From: a virus
Taxonomy: Duplodnaviria > Caudoviricetes
Virus record (IMG/VR): IMGVR_UViG_3300009671_000009
Span: 160,467-224,466 of that record
DNA: 64,000 nucleotides
Strand: one strand, 5' to 3'
Under the pieces are notes generated by a model. That model was not told where the DNA came from, did not search any database, and was given only the letters and a program-made list of their open reading frames with translations. The position numbers and the translations under genes were made by a program. Each line of letters begins with the position of its first letter. The stretch's first letter is position 1. This document shows, piece after piece, positions 38,064 through 47,921 of the stretch.

Positions 38064-39353
38064 TTAGCTGGTCAATACAAGAGGCAATCTAATGTTAAAC
38101 GTTTGGGCTCTGACCGCATCTCTGGGCTGAACTTCAATTTCTACATTAAGATCTTTGCCGTCTACTGATCTGAGGATGGTGTATGTTCCAGCGGAAATTT
38201 GATACGTATCGATCAGTTCATTGATGTATCCGTTTATATAACTATCCAGATGGTCAATACTTACTGATACATTTCCAATCATGTTCTCTAATCCTATATC
38301 TCTGATATGAGATGAGACAGATTGCATAACCCTTATATCTTGAACGAGAGAGATTGTGTTCTTCGACATAGTTACTGACGTTGCTATAGCTGGCCCATTC
38401 TTTACAAAATTAACCATTGTAACAAACCCAACACTCGCAAGAGTATCACACTCATCGTATTTATAAGCAAGTTCAATGGTTCCAGAGTAATCGTGAGCAA
38501 CAATAGTGCTAGTTTGATAATCTATTAAAAAATCAACATACTCTGTAGAAGAACTGCCATCAAGTCTTACGGCAGAGACAGAGCCTTCAATTGGACGTCT
38601 TTCAAGCAATTGAGGGTTAATGCTTAGATCAATTATCTCTGTCCGCGAGGTACTTTTTAATGAGTACCTTAATTGAGGAGCAGAGGCAATCTTTTTATTA
38701 ACTGGACTGTGACCAGGTAATACCAGTGATAGAAGAGCGGAGTATGTTGCAACTCCATCTGAGTATCTCTGTTTTGTTGTTCCTTCAAAAAGTAAGAGTT
38801 CGGTTGCGATCACACTGAGATAGTATCCTTCTTCCCATCCAATCCGAGCTCGTTGATTTTGCCAAAGCTCAGTTATCCTTGCGTCAACAAGATCATCGAA
38901 AACTGTTGGAGTAGAAGGAACATCGATGGGTCTAACACCCATCACAGCAATTGCTTCACCATAATCCTTTTTCAATGAACAAAAACTTACTAGCACTGAA
39001 GCATAGTTTGTTTCGTCATCGAAATACATTCCTATCGGAGCTATAATGTGGATATCATAATCAAGAATTATTTCTAATGCCTTGAGAAGATTATCAATAT
39101 CAAGCTCTTCTAGTCTAATTAAGTAAATATATCTTGCCCCAGCAGCATAGGCCTCTTCGTAAGCGTCAACTATATCTCCGCTAACAAACATCTTCTTGGC
39201 TTCAGCCAAAGATGTTACATAGGTCAGGCTGTGGTATGGGCCATCATCTGCTAATCCGATGAATACTATATTTTTGCCGTACGGAACTTTAGGAGGTTTT
39301 GCAATCGGCTTGTCATATATTGTATTGAAAGTTGGAACATATGATGCTGCCAT
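38064..39353 (-). CDS. Second tail-sheath-like protein
   Basis: 'FIGLADDGP...EAYAAGARYIYLIRL...IIAPIG...VMGVRP...SPVNKKI...LRYS...DIRVM' parallels the 547-aa sheath. Confidence 0.75.
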   Translation of the reverse strand: MAASYVPTFNTIYDKPIAKPPKVPYGKNIVFIGLADDGPYHSLTYVTSLAEAKKMFVSGDIVDAYEEAYAAGARYIYLIRLEELDIDNLLKALEIILDYDIHIIAPIGMYFDDETNYASVLVSFCSLKKDYGEAIAVMGVRPIDVPSTPTVFDDLVDARITELWQNQRARIGWEEGYYLSVIATELLLFEGTTKQRYSDGVATYSALLSLVLPGHSPVNKKIASAPQLRYSLKSTSRTEIIDLSINPQLLERRPIEGSVSAVRLDGSSSTEYVDFLIDYQTSTIVAHDYSGTIELAYKYDECDTLASVGFVTMVNFVKNGPAIATSVTMSKNTISLVQDIRVMQSVSSHIRDIGLENMIGNVSVSIDHLDSYINGYINELIDTYQISAGTYTILRSVDGKDLNVEIEVQPRDAVRAQTFNIRLPLVLTS

Positions 39354-39365
39354 TTAGTGTACCTC

Positions 39366-39923
39366 CTATATTAGTGGAATCTCTTTTATAGAATCTCTTA
39401 TTTGATATAGAGCCATTGATCTGCTTTCGCTTTCGGCTATACTTCTTTCACAGGCAACTTTCCAAAATATTAGTTCTCCAGTTTCATCATACTTTGGTTC
39501 TGGATGATTAGCAGTATAAAACTCAGCTGTCTGAAACACGGGCAATCCGTCTTCACCAAATTCTGTTATTACTATTTCATCTCCTACTTCAACATGAGCA
39601 CTTCGGAAAAAGTAGAAAAACTTAGCATTAATTGCTGTAGCTGCTGGTTCCAGAACTTCTATAACTCTAGGTAGAGACTGAGGAACTGATGCCATTTGAT
39701 ACCAAGATCTGTGTTTTTCAATGGTTGGTATCCAACCAGTACCAAGGCAGACATCGTGCCCGCTGTCATACGAACGCTCCAGGTCGTTGTAGCAAGTGCA
39801 CTTTATCTTTTGGGTGTTCCTGATTAATAATACGAAACGAAAGCCTGAAAATAAATCTCTTACTTCTTTTAAAAGTGGAGATAATAGCTCTGGCTGTTTC
39901 TTTCTCGGTCTCAAGTGTTTCAA
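39366..39923 (-). CDS. Putative head-closure/neck protein
   Basis: Between adaptor and sheath genes; Cys/His motif 'KCTC...HDVCLGTGW'. Confidence 0.5.
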   Translation of the reverse strand: MKHLRPRKKQPELLSPLLKEVRDLFSGFRFVLLIRNTQKIKCTCYNDLERSYDSGHDVCLGTGWIPTIEKHRSWYQMASVPQSLPRVIEVLEPAATAINAKFFYFFRSAHVEVGDEIVITEFGEDGLPVFQTAEFYTANHPEPKYDETGELIFWKVACERSIAESESRSMALYQIRDSIKEIPLI

Positions 39924-39936
39924 TTCAATCTACCTC

Positions 39937-41475
39937 TTAGAAGCTATTTCTTTTTGCTAATGGATAAGGATAAAGAGTTTCGCCTTTAACTGCAGACTTT
40001 GGTAGCGGATAAGTGTTTCTGCCCATTGTCAAGTAGAGCTGTGCCCTATTTCTAAGAGCTTCGATTCTTTCGATCATCATCCTGTAATCTGGCGACAGAT
40101 TCATTGGGCCTTTAACAATTAAGTCACCAATTTGTCTCATACCTGCTTGAAGCTTATTGTTCTCAAGCGTTTTGGTATGAAGCAAACGCAATGATGTTTC
40201 GTATTTAACATAATTATGATAAAAAATATTGTTAGTGGTCTCGGCTTGGGTTTCTCCTAGGTAATCTTCGTTCACGCTGCCATATGGTAAAGCAGCTATC
40301 TGATCTGCCCATTGACTTGTTGCGTGAATCATCCTAGCTATATCAAGATCTGTCTTGTCAGCTATTAGGTCTCCTGTAGCCTCGCGTACTTCTTTTATCT
40401 TTGAATAATAAGGGGTAAAAGGTGTGGCGAATATCCAAGTGATATCATCAACAAGTGGGGCTCCGCTTAAGGATAATATCTCTTTCCTAAGTTCAACAAT
40501 GATAATTGTATTTTGGCTATAGGTAGGAGTTGCAACAGGGGTAGCTGATTCAGAAAAGAAGAATTGGATTATGCTGCCATTAACTTCGAAGTAGCCACCA
40601 ATCTGAGTTGGCTCTCCCAAACCGTCTAGGTAATCTACTTTTACTTGAAAAGTTTCAGATGTTACAGTTGATGGATCAACATCATCTGTAAACCTAACCG
40701 TAATCGGTGACGGGTTTACAACAAACAGTTCTTCTGGCCCAGGCATTACTTCCATCACATCAAGAGGTGCAATCTCAGGCGTAGTCGGATTAGGATCAGC
40801 TGACGAGACTGGAATCACATATCTGAATTGACGCGGATCGCTCCACGCACCTATTGTGGGAGTTGTGCTATCAGAGATTGCTCTAACTCGCCAATAGTAG
40901 ATATTATCATGAGCAAAAGTAACGTCTGGAACAACGAAACTGCCAGTTATGATTGAAGAATAAAGAGTGGTTCCAAAAGTGTTTTCGACACTTATTTGGA
41001 GTTCGTAAGTCTGGACATCCTCTACAGGATTCCATGAGAATTCGGTGAGAACTGTTAGAACAGACTTATCGACAGGAGAAACAAGGGAAACTTTATCAGG
41101 AGGGATAACGTCAGCAGTAGTAAAGTTCATATTCCAGTCTGTTCCCAGCATAGTGCCAGTTATAGACTTAATACCTCTAGTGCCACCGTTGATTATTACC
41201 TTATACCTTGTGGTAGGGTCTAGCTTATCTACAGGTTTAACCGTAGCGATCTTAGCTGATGGAGTATCTACAGAAGTATCATACGTAATTGTTGTAGGTA
41301 TTCTGGTTGACGAATCGTCCAGCAGTACAATATTTGATCCAAGCGAATCTTTCGCCATATCGAAGGTGAAAGTCACCACGATGTCGGTATCAACAGAAAC
41401 ATTGGATGTGCCGTTTGCTGGCGATACGCTTCTAATAATATTACCTAAAGAGTTTAAGTAAGCCACTCGACGCAC
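39937..41475 (-). CDS. Neck/head-tail adaptor with Ig-like and FN3 domains
   Basis: Ig-like (Big_5/SbsA-type) 'VSPANGTSNVSVDTDIVVTF...MNFTT', FN3 'YYWRVRA', a second Ig domain, then a helical adaptor-like C-terminus 'YSKIKEVR'; directly after the capsid gene. Confidence 0.65.
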   Translation of the reverse strand: MRRVAYLNSLGNIIRSVSPANGTSNVSVDTDIVVTFTFDMAKDSLGSNIVLLDDSSTRIPTTITYDTSVDTPSAKIATVKPVDKLDPTTRYKVIINGGTRGIKSITGTMLGTDWNMNFTTADVIPPDKVSLVSPVDKSVLTVLTEFSWNPVEDVQTYELQISVENTFGTTLYSSIITGSFVVPDVTFAHDNIYYWRVRAISDSTTPTIGAWSDPRQFRYVIPVSSADPNPTTPEIAPLDVMEVMPGPEELFVVNPSPITVRFTDDVDPSTVTSETFQVKVDYLDGLGEPTQIGGYFEVNGSIIQFFFSESATPVATPTYSQNTIIIVELRKEILSLSGAPLVDDITWIFATPFTPYYSKIKEVREATGDLIADKTDLDIARMIHATSQWADQIAALPYGSVNEDYLGETQAETTNNIFYHNYVKYETSLRLLHTKTLENNKLQAGMRQIGDLIVKGPMNLSPDYRMMIERIEALRNRAQLYLTMGRNTYPLPKSAVKGETLYPYPLAKRNSF

Positions 41476-41495
41476 ACCTCTTTATTTTTATATAA

Positions 41496-41520
41496 GGAGG
41501 CAGAGGAAACCCCTGCCTCC
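41496..41520 (-). terminator. Hairpin terminator after the major capsid gene
   Basis: GGAGGCAGGGG-TTT-CCTCTGCCTCC stem on the minus strand, with a weak U-tract (TTATAT). Confidence 0.65.
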
Positions 41521-41538
41521 AGTTTTGATTGGCTTGGA

Positions 41539-42606
41539 TTACTCGTCGATCATACGGATAACTTCTGGTTTCTTGTAGGTTTGAGCATAAGCAATATTCT
41601 TAGCTACAGAAATAGCACGACCGTTGTTCAAGATACCAGGCGCATAGCGCTCTTTAATCTTGAGGGCACGGATGTCTCTTTCTGGGTTATCCCATTGCTC
41701 GGTGCTGATATCCTCTTTAACCAGCATGATACCGATTTCGTTGCGGTCTAATACGTACATATCGAACCGTTTTTCAGCAAGACTGAAAGGAATAAACGGA
41801 GATAATGTAACGTTAACAGCAAACGGAAGTTTGCCCTGAACTTGGTCAGGAGTAATGCTGACAGTGTTATTTTGTCCACCGAAAGCGGCAACTGTCATAC
41901 GGTCTAAGAGCGGATTTTTCGCGAAAATCGGCCATACCAACGGATGCATAAGAATGTCAGTTGTAGTGTAGCCATTAGCGATATTACCGATCATAAGATC
42001 GATGAAGTCTTCGACACTTAAAGTGTCATTCGGTTGATAATCTTCACCTAAGCCGTGAACGGCAAGAAGAGCATTGTCAGGATCACTAGCGTCTAAAGCT
42101 TTAACAGGGTCTTTGATGCAATGGCCGTGACGAGTAAATTCACGGAAGCACCATTCCTCTTTGTAACGAGCCATAGCGCGACCAGCTTTTTGAAGCATTA
42201 CGCCGATAACGTCCCACTGAGAGTCGGATACCATTTCGTCGGTTACCCGAACGATGAGACCGACTTTCTTAACGGACACTTCGGTTGTGCTTTCTTTCCA
42301 GTTCACGTCTACAGTCTCTTGAGGGTAGACGCCCATTTCGGGCACTTCAGAGGCTTTAATGTCGCTCATAGCAGGGAATAAAATGCTACGGCCTTCGGTA
42401 ATCCGAACAGGTCTGAACATTTTAGTTGCAATGTACATCGGCTCTGCAGTGTCTTTGATTACATCGATGATTGTGGTTTGCAGAAATTGAGAAAGATCGG
42501 GGGTGGAGAGAGCCTCTCTTAAGGCGATACGGTCTTTGACCTTCTCTCCCCGTCCTTCGGCCTCAATCTGCGCAATATATCTCTCAACGAGGCCTAGTTC
42601 ATTCAT
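41539..42606 (-). CDS. Major capsid protein (HK97 fold)
   Basis: 355 aa; 'ASEVPEMG.YP...VKKVGLIVRVTDEMVSDSQWDVI...AGRAMAR' and 'IKERY' match HK97-fold capsids; follows protease and decoration genes. Confidence 0.9.
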   Translation of the reverse strand: MNELGLVERYIAQIEAEGRGEKVKDRIALREALSTPDLSQFLQTTIIDVIKDTAEPMYIATKMFRPVRITEGRSILFPAMSDIKASEVPEMGVYPQETVDVNWKESTTEVSVKKVGLIVRVTDEMVSDSQWDVIGVMLQKAGRAMARYKEEWCFREFTRHGHCIKDPVKALDASDPDNALLAVHGLGEDYQPNDTLSVEDFIDLMIGNIANGYTTTDILMHPLVWPIFAKNPLLDRMTVAAFGGQNNTVSITPDQVQGKLPFAVNVTLSPFIPFSLAEKRFDMYVLDRNEIGIMLVKEDISTEQWDNPERDIRALKIKERYAPGILNNGRAISVAKNIAYAQTYKKPEVIRMIDE

Positions 42607-42639
42607 TAGCTTATTTTCCTCCTTGTTAACTTTTATCTA

Positions 42640-43863
42640 TTAGTATTTAAGTAAGATTCTTGCTACGCCTACAGCGCCTAGGTAATCCCAAGAAGCTGGC
42701 ATACCAACTAAAGAGTTAGGGTCAACTCTGTATGTCACAACGATGTTGCGGACAGTTGGAGTTGTTTCCTCTTCAGCAGTAACTGTAAGAATTTGGGTAG
42801 CGGCGTTGTATTGGTAGTACGGAGCAGATGGAGTAGCTTGAATGCTGTCTACTTCTGTTCCATCAAGGGTGACTGTGATTGACTCAGGATCGACCTTGGC
42901 CACTGGGTCAAGTGCGCAGTTAGCTACTTCTGCGCCAGCCGCAATAGTAAATCTTTGAATGCGAACTGTTTGAGCAGCAAGTTTACCGTCGGTTAATCCA
43001 GGTTGTCCGCCGCCGATGGTTTTCCAAGCGCCAGGAGCGTTTGGTCTCATGTAGTCATCGGTGTAGGGATATGTGTAATCTGGATCGTATACGGTTCCGC
43101 CGTCTTCTGGAGCTGGCTCTGGAGTAAACTCCTCGCGGTTGCTCATGCGGCCTTCGTAAACTTGCTCGATGTATTGGAGCCATCCGAGCGGTGGCATATC
43201 GGTGTCAAGCTCTAAGCATTGACCGACAATGAGGTGAGCAGAGTCAGTGCCAGGAACCCAGCGAACGAATTTGCCGCAAGGGCCAGCTTTGACGTAATCG
43301 CCAGCTGCTAATTCGTTAGCGGTGTTAACGTAGTCAGTTCTAACGTTGGTGGCACAACCCCACATCATTTTGAGGTCTTCCATGGTTGGCATGCCTACAC
43401 CAGAGGTTGTTACAACACCGTCGGTGATACCGTCACCAAATACATCTGCAGGATTTGCGATATAAGGAACCTCAACATATTCACGAGTGATGATAGCTGG
43501 CTGAAAATCGTCAGCACCAAACATATCGTGATATACTTTGCCCTCTGTATCGAATCTGTTGAAGTAGTTGTAAGGGGCAACACCGATTGAGTTGTTGTTA
43601 GCGCCGTCAGCCACAGTGATGATGTTGCGGTATTTGCCTGTGAGGTAATCTTTGGCTTTACCTTTAACAGCAACAATAGTACCTTTCGGAACAACAACCT
43701 TGCTAAGTCTCCGTCCTACGGCATAAGGATAGCTGAACAATCCCTTAAGGGTATTGTCGATTATCCACTGACCGCCAGGGGCATCTCCAGGAGACTTGAT
43801 AAGATTAGTATGGGAGCGAATTGTGGCATTGACTTTAGCTCCGCCTTGATCATAAAGTGCCAT
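42640..43863 (-). CDS. Capsid decoration/cement-like structural protein
   Basis: Between scaffold and capsid genes; 'VVVPKGTIVA...GVAPYN...AGDYVK...IVGQ' is decoration-like. Confidence 0.55.
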   Translation of the reverse strand: MALYDQGGAKVNATIRSHTNLIKSPGDAPGGQWIIDNTLKGLFSYPYAVGRRLSKVVVPKGTIVAVKGKAKDYLTGKYRNIITVADGANNNSIGVAPYNYFNRFDTEGKVYHDMFGADDFQPAIITREYVEVPYIANPADVFGDGITDGVVTTSGVGMPTMEDLKMMWGCATNVRTDYVNTANELAAGDYVKAGPCGKFVRWVPGTDSAHLIVGQCLELDTDMPPLGWLQYIEQVYEGRMSNREEFTPEPAPEDGGTVYDPDYTYPYTDDYMRPNAPGAWKTIGGGQPGLTDGKLAAQTVRIQRFTIAAGAEVANCALDPVAKVDPESITVTLDGTEVDSIQATPSAPYYQYNAATQILTVTAEEETTPTVRNIVVTYRVDPNSLVGMPASWDYLGAVGVARILLKY

Positions 43864-43867
43864 TTAC

Positions 43868-45445
43868 TTATTTTCCTCCTCTTTTAGTTTGTGGAATGTC
43901 TTTCTTTGTAAGTAAGCGTTTAAAGACTTCATTGGGGGTAAGGTTTAATTCTGGGGCTTCTTCTTCGGCTTCTTGAGAGATGTTTGTGATAATTCCTTCT
44001 TCGTCATTTTCAACTAAGCCTGGGTTTTCAACTCTCTCTATGTGTCGAGGAAGAGCGGGTTTCCGATGAGCTAAATCATCGAGAGTATCACGCAGCGATT
44101 CTTCAGATCGTGATACAAGCCTTGCAGTTTCAGCTTCAACGTCAGCTTCGGAGATATCTCCTAATTCAACTTTGCGCTTAACGACTTGTTCCACTAGACC
44201 ATGGAGATTGGCCGCTTTTAGTTCTGTGATTTGCGCCGTGAGAGCTTGGTTCTCAGTAGTGAGAGCGTCGATTGCGCCCTGGAGTTCGACAATCTTATCT
44301 TCTAGCGCCTTGATATCTTCTGATCTGTCAGAAGTCTCACTTAAAATTCCTAGTTCTTTGGCAATTGCAATAACCTTTTCTGCGAAAGCATTGGGTTCTT
44401 CGACATTTGCCTCTCCTACTGGAGCCTCGGTTCCGCTTTCGGACTCTTCAACTTCTTGAGTTTCCTCAGCAACCTCGGCCTCTTCGGATGTATTAGTATC
44501 TTCGACAGCTTCTTCGGACTCAACAGTGATGTCTTCAGCCATCTCAACAACTTCTTCTGTTGCTTCCTGTGTGCCTAATACTTTTTCGTCTTTAACAGTC
44601 AAGTCTGTAATCCTCCTTTGCGTATCTTCTTGAACCGATTCCTCGTCAATTTTTATATTGAAAGGTACATAGAAGTATTCTTGCATGTACTCGGTTCTCG
44701 GGATCAATACTAAACCTTTATTTGTTATCGCGTACAACTCATCTTTAGATAAGTCATACATCTTGTGTTCACGCAAATCTTGAATGAGCAAGCTCATATC
44801 TACTAGAGTAGATTCTTTTGCATCAGGAATTTCTTTAACTCCCGCAAACTCATCAGATGGAGCGTTAACGAATGAACATTCACCGAACCATAACTCACCC
44901 ATAGACCAGTAACACAGTTTTCCATCGTAAACTTGGCCTCTTCGGTGATCGCACCACTCTATAACTTGATTTTTCTTACAGATACTACAATAGGCAGCAT
45001 CTGTATCAGCTCCAATACTTACGGTAGAATATCTACCATCTAAGACTTTTATAGCGGCATCTGGATCTGTAATCTCTGGATAGATTATAATGCCTGGTAT
45101 ACCTGCGGACGTTCTTTGCTTGTATTCGGCTTTAACTATCCTTCCAAGCGGATCAACCAAGATATCGTGATTAATCAGCATTGGTCTATTAAAAGGATCA
45201 GTCCAGGAGTATACACCAGAAGGTCTTTTTTCTCCAGTTTCCTTTTGGATGTAATCGGGTTTGCCTTTAAGTCTACTTGGGCCATAGAAAGTGCGATTCC
45301 TGGTAACCTTCGAGTGAATTGCTTCGATGGTTGGAATCACCACACCACCTTTGGACTCGACGAGTTTCTTCGCCTTATACGCAATCTCTTCTTGATTTGC
45401 GCCGAGAGTTACATCTACGCTCTCGGTTAAGTGAATCAATTTCAT
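43868..45445 (-). CDS. Prohead protease fused to acidic coiled-coil scaffold
   Basis: 'LINHD...PLGRI...YSTVSIG...ECSFVNAPSD' phage serine-protease pattern, followed by an E-rich, coiled-coil C-terminal half. Confidence 0.8.
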   Translation of the reverse strand: MKLIHLTESVDVTLGANQEEIAYKAKKLVESKGGVVIPTIEAIHSKVTRNRTFYGPSRLKGKPDYIQKETGEKRPSGVYSWTDPFNRPMLINHDILVDPLGRIVKAEYKQRTSAGIPGIIIYPEITDPDAAIKVLDGRYSTVSIGADTDAAYCSICKKNQVIEWCDHRRGQVYDGKLCYWSMGELWFGECSFVNAPSDEFAGVKEIPDAKESTLVDMSLLIQDLREHKMYDLSKDELYAITNKGLVLIPRTEYMQEYFYVPFNIKIDEESVQEDTQRRITDLTVKDEKVLGTQEATEEVVEMAEDITVESEEAVEDTNTSEEAEVAEETQEVEESESGTEAPVGEANVEEPNAFAEKVIAIAKELGILSETSDRSEDIKALEDKIVELQGAIDALTTENQALTAQITELKAANLHGLVEQVVKRKVELGDISEADVEAETARLVSRSEESLRDTLDDLAHRKPALPRHIERVENPGLVENDEEGIITNISQEAEEEAPELNLTPNEVFKRLLTKKDIPQTKRGGK

Positions 45446-45455
45446 CTTTTCGGAA

Positions 45456-47537
45456 TCACCTCTTTATTGTTACGTAACATTCACATCCGTGGTGCCATGG
45501 AGGAATTACGCTCATCACGCCTTTGCCCTTAATAAGTCTAATAGTTTGACCATTAAGCTTAGAACAGATCTCACAGCTTCCACCTGTAGATGTTAGCTCT
45601 TCGCGATCATATCCTAGTGCAGACAGAGCATAGCCGTAGTTATAAGCAAAGCGAGACTGATACTCAGCCATAAGATTTAATCTGTATTCGGTTGCATCAA
45701 AAGCAGATGATACAAAGATTGTTTTTTCTTTTTGCTCTTTTGTTTTTGCAACATCAACGATTTTTCTAAGATCATCTAAAATACGCTCTACATTTTGTAA
45801 AGCTCTGTATTCCAGCGTCTTCTTGACTGAGTTATCAACATCGGGCTGTCTTGAAACTCCACAGTCTCTTTGACAATTAAGTGCTCCTAAATTAAACGCC
45901 TCTGCGATATATACGGAAGCTTGCTTTGTAATCCTGTCTTTAGCAAGTGACATATACAGTTCAACTTGATCTTCTTTATCAGATGCAACTGCACTGACGA
46001 CGTCGTTTCGGAGTGACTTAAAGTTGTTGATGAGTTTGTTGTAATATTCTCGGGTTTTTATATTGCTGATCGATTCTGAGAATAGAGGATCGTCAGCTGA
46101 AGCTACTTTCTTGGGACTTGTCTTGGTTCCGTGTTGGTTTGTTGGTTTTTGTTTATTGTTGGTAGCAGGGTCACCAGGTTCTGCGCTTGCTTTAGCATCT
46201 GCTTGGGCAATTGCTGTTTGCTTAGTAACTCTATCTAAGAACATTTGTGACTCATCAACCATTGGATCCATACCAAGTTTTAAGCGCATTTCTGAGAATG
46301 AAATGGCGTTATGCTCGTACTCGTAAATTGCTTGGTTGCGGACTTTAATCATTTCGTCTACGGCTATTTCTTGGAAATCGAAATATACCATATCGTCGGG
46401 ATTGATAACAGGGTCAAATCCGCCTTCCATGAGTAGTTCTTTAATTATGCGAAGGTTGATTTCATCTTCAATTAGTGATTGTATCGCACGAATTCTGTCG
46501 TGCATTTCAACAGTAAGATTCTCTGCGGTAGCTTTATTGGCAGTACCAGCAATACCGAAAACCGTTTCAGGAATACCTAAACCTGAAAATACTCTTTGTC
46601 TAAAGTAGTTTAGAGCCCAGCTTGCATCAATTGCTGCACCTTCTGCTCCAACTACTTCAACGTTGTACCGTTCAGGAATTACAAGAGTTCCATCCATCGG
46701 CATCTCTTGAATCATCTGTCTAACATACTCTATTTCTTCTGGAGTGGATTCTTTTCCATTCTCTTGGAGACCTACAATGAACTTATACAGCGGATGTAGG
46801 TATTTATAGAGGAGGTTTGCTACGTTATCTTCAATTTCTCTAAGTAGCCTAATATCATCAAGAACTGGAAGAAGAAACGGAACGCCAAATCCGTAACCTG
46901 TTGGCTTCTTCCATGCCATATGTACCATATCTTCAGGCTTAATCAGTAAAGGTTTATTGGATCCAGCAACCTTTTGTTGATACTGAAGCACTGTACCATT
47001 AGCATTTCTGGCAATTTGAATTGTCTTTGGTGCTAAGCAGAAGTAACCACCTACAGGTTGTGCTCCTGCAATGCCTTGAACATTCAAGCCTGGGATATTT
47101 ACTGCTTGTTTTAAACGGGCCTTGATAATAAATGTGTTGGCAAACTTGAGGAGATTGTCGGCTATCTCTTTTAAGAAGGCATTGGTTGTAACATCTGTGG
47201 CTTCTTCCATTACGGCGAGGCGTGTTTTAATATACTGTAAGCTGTTTTCGTTTTTACCCTTGAGTTGCCATCCTGCCTTGAAGATTAAGTCGAGGTATTT
47301 GTCAATTGCCTGTCTGATATAGGATTCTGTATCATAGGCAGTTTCGATTGTTTCGAGGTTAAAGGAGGGAGACTCGAAGTTCTTTCGAGCGCTTCCCCCG
47401 CTTCCACTCTTAACAAATGCATAACCTACTCTTTTTATTGCTGTCCGTTCGGGGTCTCTAGACGTTGCTTCTTGTTTTGGTTCTTCAACCTTAACGAAGA
47501 AGAGGTCAAATATTTGCTTTCGCAATCTCTCAAACAT
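45456..47537 (-). CDS. Portal protein with C-terminal Mu gpF/SPP1 gp7-like domain
   Basis: Portal motifs 'MVHMAW...GYGFGVPFL', 'VFSGLGIPETVFG', 'ISFSEMRLKLGMDP'; C-terminal 'CEICSKLNG...PPWHHGCEC'. Confidence 0.88.
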   Translation of the reverse strand: MFERLRKQIFDLFFVKVEEPKQEATSRDPERTAIKRVGYAFVKSGSGGSARKNFESPSFNLETIETAYDTESYIRQAIDKYLDLIFKAGWQLKGKNENSLQYIKTRLAVMEEATDVTTNAFLKEIADNLLKFANTFIIKARLKQAVNIPGLNVQGIAGAQPVGGYFCLAPKTIQIARNANGTVLQYQQKVAGSNKPLLIKPEDMVHMAWKKPTGYGFGVPFLLPVLDDIRLLREIEDNVANLLYKYLHPLYKFIVGLQENGKESTPEEIEYVRQMIQEMPMDGTLVIPERYNVEVVGAEGAAIDASWALNYFRQRVFSGLGIPETVFGIAGTANKATAENLTVEMHDRIRAIQSLIEDEINLRIIKELLMEGGFDPVINPDDMVYFDFQEIAVDEMIKVRNQAIYEYEHNAISFSEMRLKLGMDPMVDESQMFLDRVTKQTAIAQADAKASAEPGDPATNNKQKPTNQHGTKTSPKKVASADDPLFSESISNIKTREYYNKLINNFKSLRNDVVSAVASDKEDQVELYMSLAKDRITKQASVYIAEAFNLGALNCQRDCGVSRQPDVDNSVKKTLEYRALQNVERILDDLRKIVDVAKTKEQKEKTIFVSSAFDATEYRLNLMAEYQSRFAYNYGYALSALGYDREELTSTGGSCEICSKLNGQTIRLIKGKGVMSVIPPWHHGCECYVTIKR

Positions 47538-47563
47538 CCACGTCTTCCCCTTATAATTATATT

Positions 47564-47920
47564 CTATTTGTTTTCAATGCGTGCGCCTTTTTTTAAATTA
47601 CATTCTGGACAAGATAATTCTAGATTGTTTAAATCCCACTCGTCTCCTCCAGCTGCAATAGGAATAATGTGATCAACATGAAAACTATTCAACGGTACTG
47701 GCTTGCCGCACTTCATACATATTCCACCGTCGCGCTCAAAGATAACGCGGCGAACTCTTTGCCAGTCAGTTTGCATAAAGAAGTCTCGAACACAGCGCTG
47801 GTCACAGAAGGAAGTCCTTCTTCCTACCAAGACCTTTCCGCACACCCTACACAGGTGTTGTCCTTCAGAATTCTTTTTTCTAGGAAAACGCTTATAGTTT
47901 CCTCTGCCGTGTCTATCCAT
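47564..47920 (-). CDS. HNH endonuclease (possibly packaging-associated)
   Basis: 'RDGGICMKCG...HVDHIIPIAAGG...NLELSCPECNLKKG'. Confidence 0.9.
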   Translation of the reverse strand: MDRHGRGNYKRFPRKKNSEGQHLCRVCGKVLVGRRTSFCDQRCVRDFFMQTDWQRVRRVIFERDGGICMKCGKPVPLNSFHVDHIIPIAAGGDEWDLNNLELSCPECNLKKGARIENK

Positions 47921-47921
47921 G

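Noticed and set aside
33646-39353. Extracellular contractile injection system or tailocin (multiple sheaths and tubes)
   Set aside because: Capsid, portal, protease and terminase genes are present, so this is a complete phage.
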